DNA of 64,000 nucleotides from Rickettsiales bacterium (GTDB lineage Bacteria; Pseudomonadota; Alphaproteobacteria; Rickettsiales; Deianiraeaceae): NCBI GenBank assembly GCA_017444095.1, contig JAFSXM010000020.1, positions 129,482 to 193,481 of the forward strand, read 5' to 3'. Shown piece by piece: positions 62,152 to 64,000 of this stretch (position 1 is its first letter; each line of letters starts with the position of its first letter). The notes under the pieces were generated by a model. It saw only the letters and a program-made list of their open reading frames with translations, ran no database searches and was not told where the DNA came from. The position numbers and the translations under genes were made by a program.

Positions 62152-63831
62152 TCATACGGGCAAAAACCTACCCTTTTTCTTAATATTTATGTAATTCTGT
62201 ACTACAATGATTTTACAGAAATTAACCGCTGTGAACAAAGAGCAAAGTATTCCAATAATTAGTGTAATTGAAAAGCCTTTTATAAAACTACCACCAAACC
62301 CAAACAATGCGATAGCTGCAATAATTGTTGTTAAGTTTGAATCAATGATAGTTGACAAAGCTTTTGAAAAACCACTATAAATTAACTGACTATTTTGACT
62401 TATTCCTTGTTTTTTTAATTCTTTCATTTTTTCATATATCAATATATTCGCATCACTTGCCATACCAAGCATTAAAATAAACCCAGCGATACCAGGTAGA
62501 GTAAGAGTAAAGCCAAATACACACATAATCGTTATAGAGAACAAAAAGTTTAGTATTAGAGCCATTATTGCTAAAAACCCAAGATAACGATATCTTGCAT
62601 ACATTAGCAAAGCAACGGAAATAAAACACACAATAAAAGCATTTGATGCCGACGACAACATATTAGTGTTAAATACCGAACTCAATTTTCTATCATTGAT
62701 AATTTTTATTTTTGCAGGCAATGACCCAGATTTTAACAATACAGACAACTCGTTTGCCTCATCCATAGAGAAATTACCAGTAATCGCACCATTGCCATTT
62801 GGAATTACACCATTGATAACTGGTGCCATCAATACTTTACCATCAAGAACTATTGCCAATAGCCTGCCAACGTTATTTCTTGTTATATCTGCAAAAGTTT
62901 TTGTGCCAACTGAATTCATACTAAACCCTATGGCAACTTCAAAACCATTATTAGAAGGTTGTGTTCTCGTAATTACATCTCCATTTAAAGCCGGTTCTGA
63001 TTCAACAATGTAATACAATTTTCTGTCTTGTTGCTCAACTTTATATTCACCAAGTAAAATATGGTCTTTTAATATCTTTTCCGGTTTTTGATTTACAAAA
63101 ATATGGTGTTTATCCATTAAATGAAAAGTTAATTTTGCAGTTGTATTGACAATTTTTTTAATTCTATTTATATCAACACCTTCTGGAACAAGAACTACTA
63201 TTTTATCAGCTCCATATCGCTGAATATTTATTTCTTTCACGCCAACTCCATCTATACGATTTTTCAAAATAGATATAGCCTTATCCGTTGTGTCCGAAAT
63301 GATTTTTTCTTGCACTTTTTGTGAAATATCAACTTTCATCACAACCTCATCATAGCCTTCTTTTTGTTTATTTCTCGCTAAAACTTCAATCTGCAATCCT
63401 TCTTGATTGAAAATTTTTCTAAATTCTATAATGTCTTTTTTAAATTGTCTTGTTTTGTATCCAATAACTATATCATTACCATCCTTTTTGATATCACATA
63501 TAATGTGATTTTCTTTACAAACATTCTCTGCAATAGATAAATTTTGCTTTACAAAATCATCAATTATTCCTGTGCTATCGATTGCGACCGTTAATTGGTG
63601 TCCGCCGACAATATCAATACCAAAATTCATTTTTGGAAAATATCTATGTTCTTCCGTGCCATATTTATAATACCAAATATTCATTCCCAAAAGTCCAGCA
63701 CTATAAGTAATAACAGAGAACAAAAATAAACTTTTAATACAATTTAACCAATTTTTCTTAAAATAACATTTAATATCACGGCTTATACTATTTGTGAAAT
63801 CTATAATTTTATTTTCACTATATTCTGCCAT
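62152..63831 (-). CDS. secD: protein translocase subunit SecD
   Basis: Periplasmic domain plus six C-terminal TM helices with the SecD/F signature (…LTLPGIAGFILMLGMASDANILIYE…). secF is not adjacent. Confidence 0.85.
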   Translation of the reverse strand: MAEYSENKIIDFTNSISRDIKCYFKKNWLNCIKSLFLFSVITYSAGLLGMNIWYYKYGTEEHRYFPKMNFGIDIVGGHQLTVAIDSTGIIDDFVKQNLSIAENVCKENHIICDIKKDGNDIVIGYKTRQFKKDIIEFRKIFNQEGLQIEVLARNKQKEGYDEVVMKVDISQKVQEKIISDTTDKAISILKNRIDGVGVKEINIQRYGADKIVVLVPEGVDINRIKKIVNTTAKLTFHLMDKHHIFVNQKPEKILKDHILLGEYKVEQQDRKLYYIVESEPALNGDVITRTQPSNNGFEVAIGFSMNSVGTKTFADITRNNVGRLLAIVLDGKVLMAPVINGVIPNGNGAITGNFSMDEANELSVLLKSGSLPAKIKIINDRKLSSVFNTNMLSSASNAFIVCFISVALLMYARYRYLGFLAIMALILNFLFSITIMCVFGFTLTLPGIAGFILMLGMASDANILIYEKMKELKKQGISQNSQLIYSGFSKALSTIIDSNLTTIIAAIALFGFGGSFIKGFSITLIIGILCSLFTAVNFCKIIVVQNYINIKKKGRFLPV

Positions 63832-63852
63832 TTAATTTAATACAGAAACAAT

Positions 63853-64000
63853 CTCACTAAACCACCTGTTCCGGTTGACTAAAACGACCTTTTAGTGTTT
63901 TTACCAAAGCACTAATATGCCTTGATATAGATTTTTTACTAAAAACATTGTGTTTAGAAGAAATCATTGCAACTTTTTCGTATGCAACGATAGCAGAATA
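63853..64000 (-). CDS. 3' end of an unidentified minus-strand CDS running off the window
   Basis: The open frame …YSAIVAYEKVAMISSKHNVFSKKSISRHISALVKTLKGRFSQPEQVV* ends 21 bp upstream of secD. Identity not determinable. Confidence 0.25.

Overview
This is a very AT-rich window, roughly 27-30% GC by eye, and gene-dense. The gene set points to a reduced-genome, obligate-intracellular Gram-negative bacterium of Rickettsiales type. It has an archaeal-type ValRS and a C-terminal fragment of a type-2-like IleRS. Its Psd N-terminus closely follows the Rickettsia Psd N-terminus as I recall it. There is a VirB4 type IV secretion ATPase and a giant VirB6-like membrane protein. The housekeeping complement is lspA, ruvC, murJ, secD, hflK and gatA.

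The housekeeping backbone I can call is ruvC, lspA, mlaD, obg, topA, gyrA, tyrS, rsmH, tatD, pgpA, comEC, aspS, murJ, hflK, tuf, valS, rsmA/ksgA, rbfA, gatA, psd, frr and secD.

Interspersed are two accessory-like blocks, 43.2-48.7 kb and 52.2-56.8 kb, that flank valS and virB4. They encode N/K/D-rich hypothetical proteins. Two of these share a near-identical ~350-bp 3' module that also covers the start of a downstream signal-peptide gene. One is a tandem-repeat membrane protein translationally coupled to valS. One is a Cys-rich protein. There is also a 1557-aa multi-pass protein at 34.8-39.5 kb.

Several genes look eroded: folA is truncated, glmU lacks most of its acetyltransferase domain, and only a C-terminal remnant of ileS is present. 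Three intergenic regions are unusually long for this genome.

There is a candidate ~70-nt sRNA with a near-consensus promoter and intrinsic terminator between ksgA and a DUF3800 gene. A lone PilC/GspF-like gene and a 16-nt poly-T tract upstream of an effector-like gene are also noted.

I found no rRNA, tRNA, CRISPR array, transposase or integrase by eye. A covariance-model scan is still needed to rule out RNA genes.
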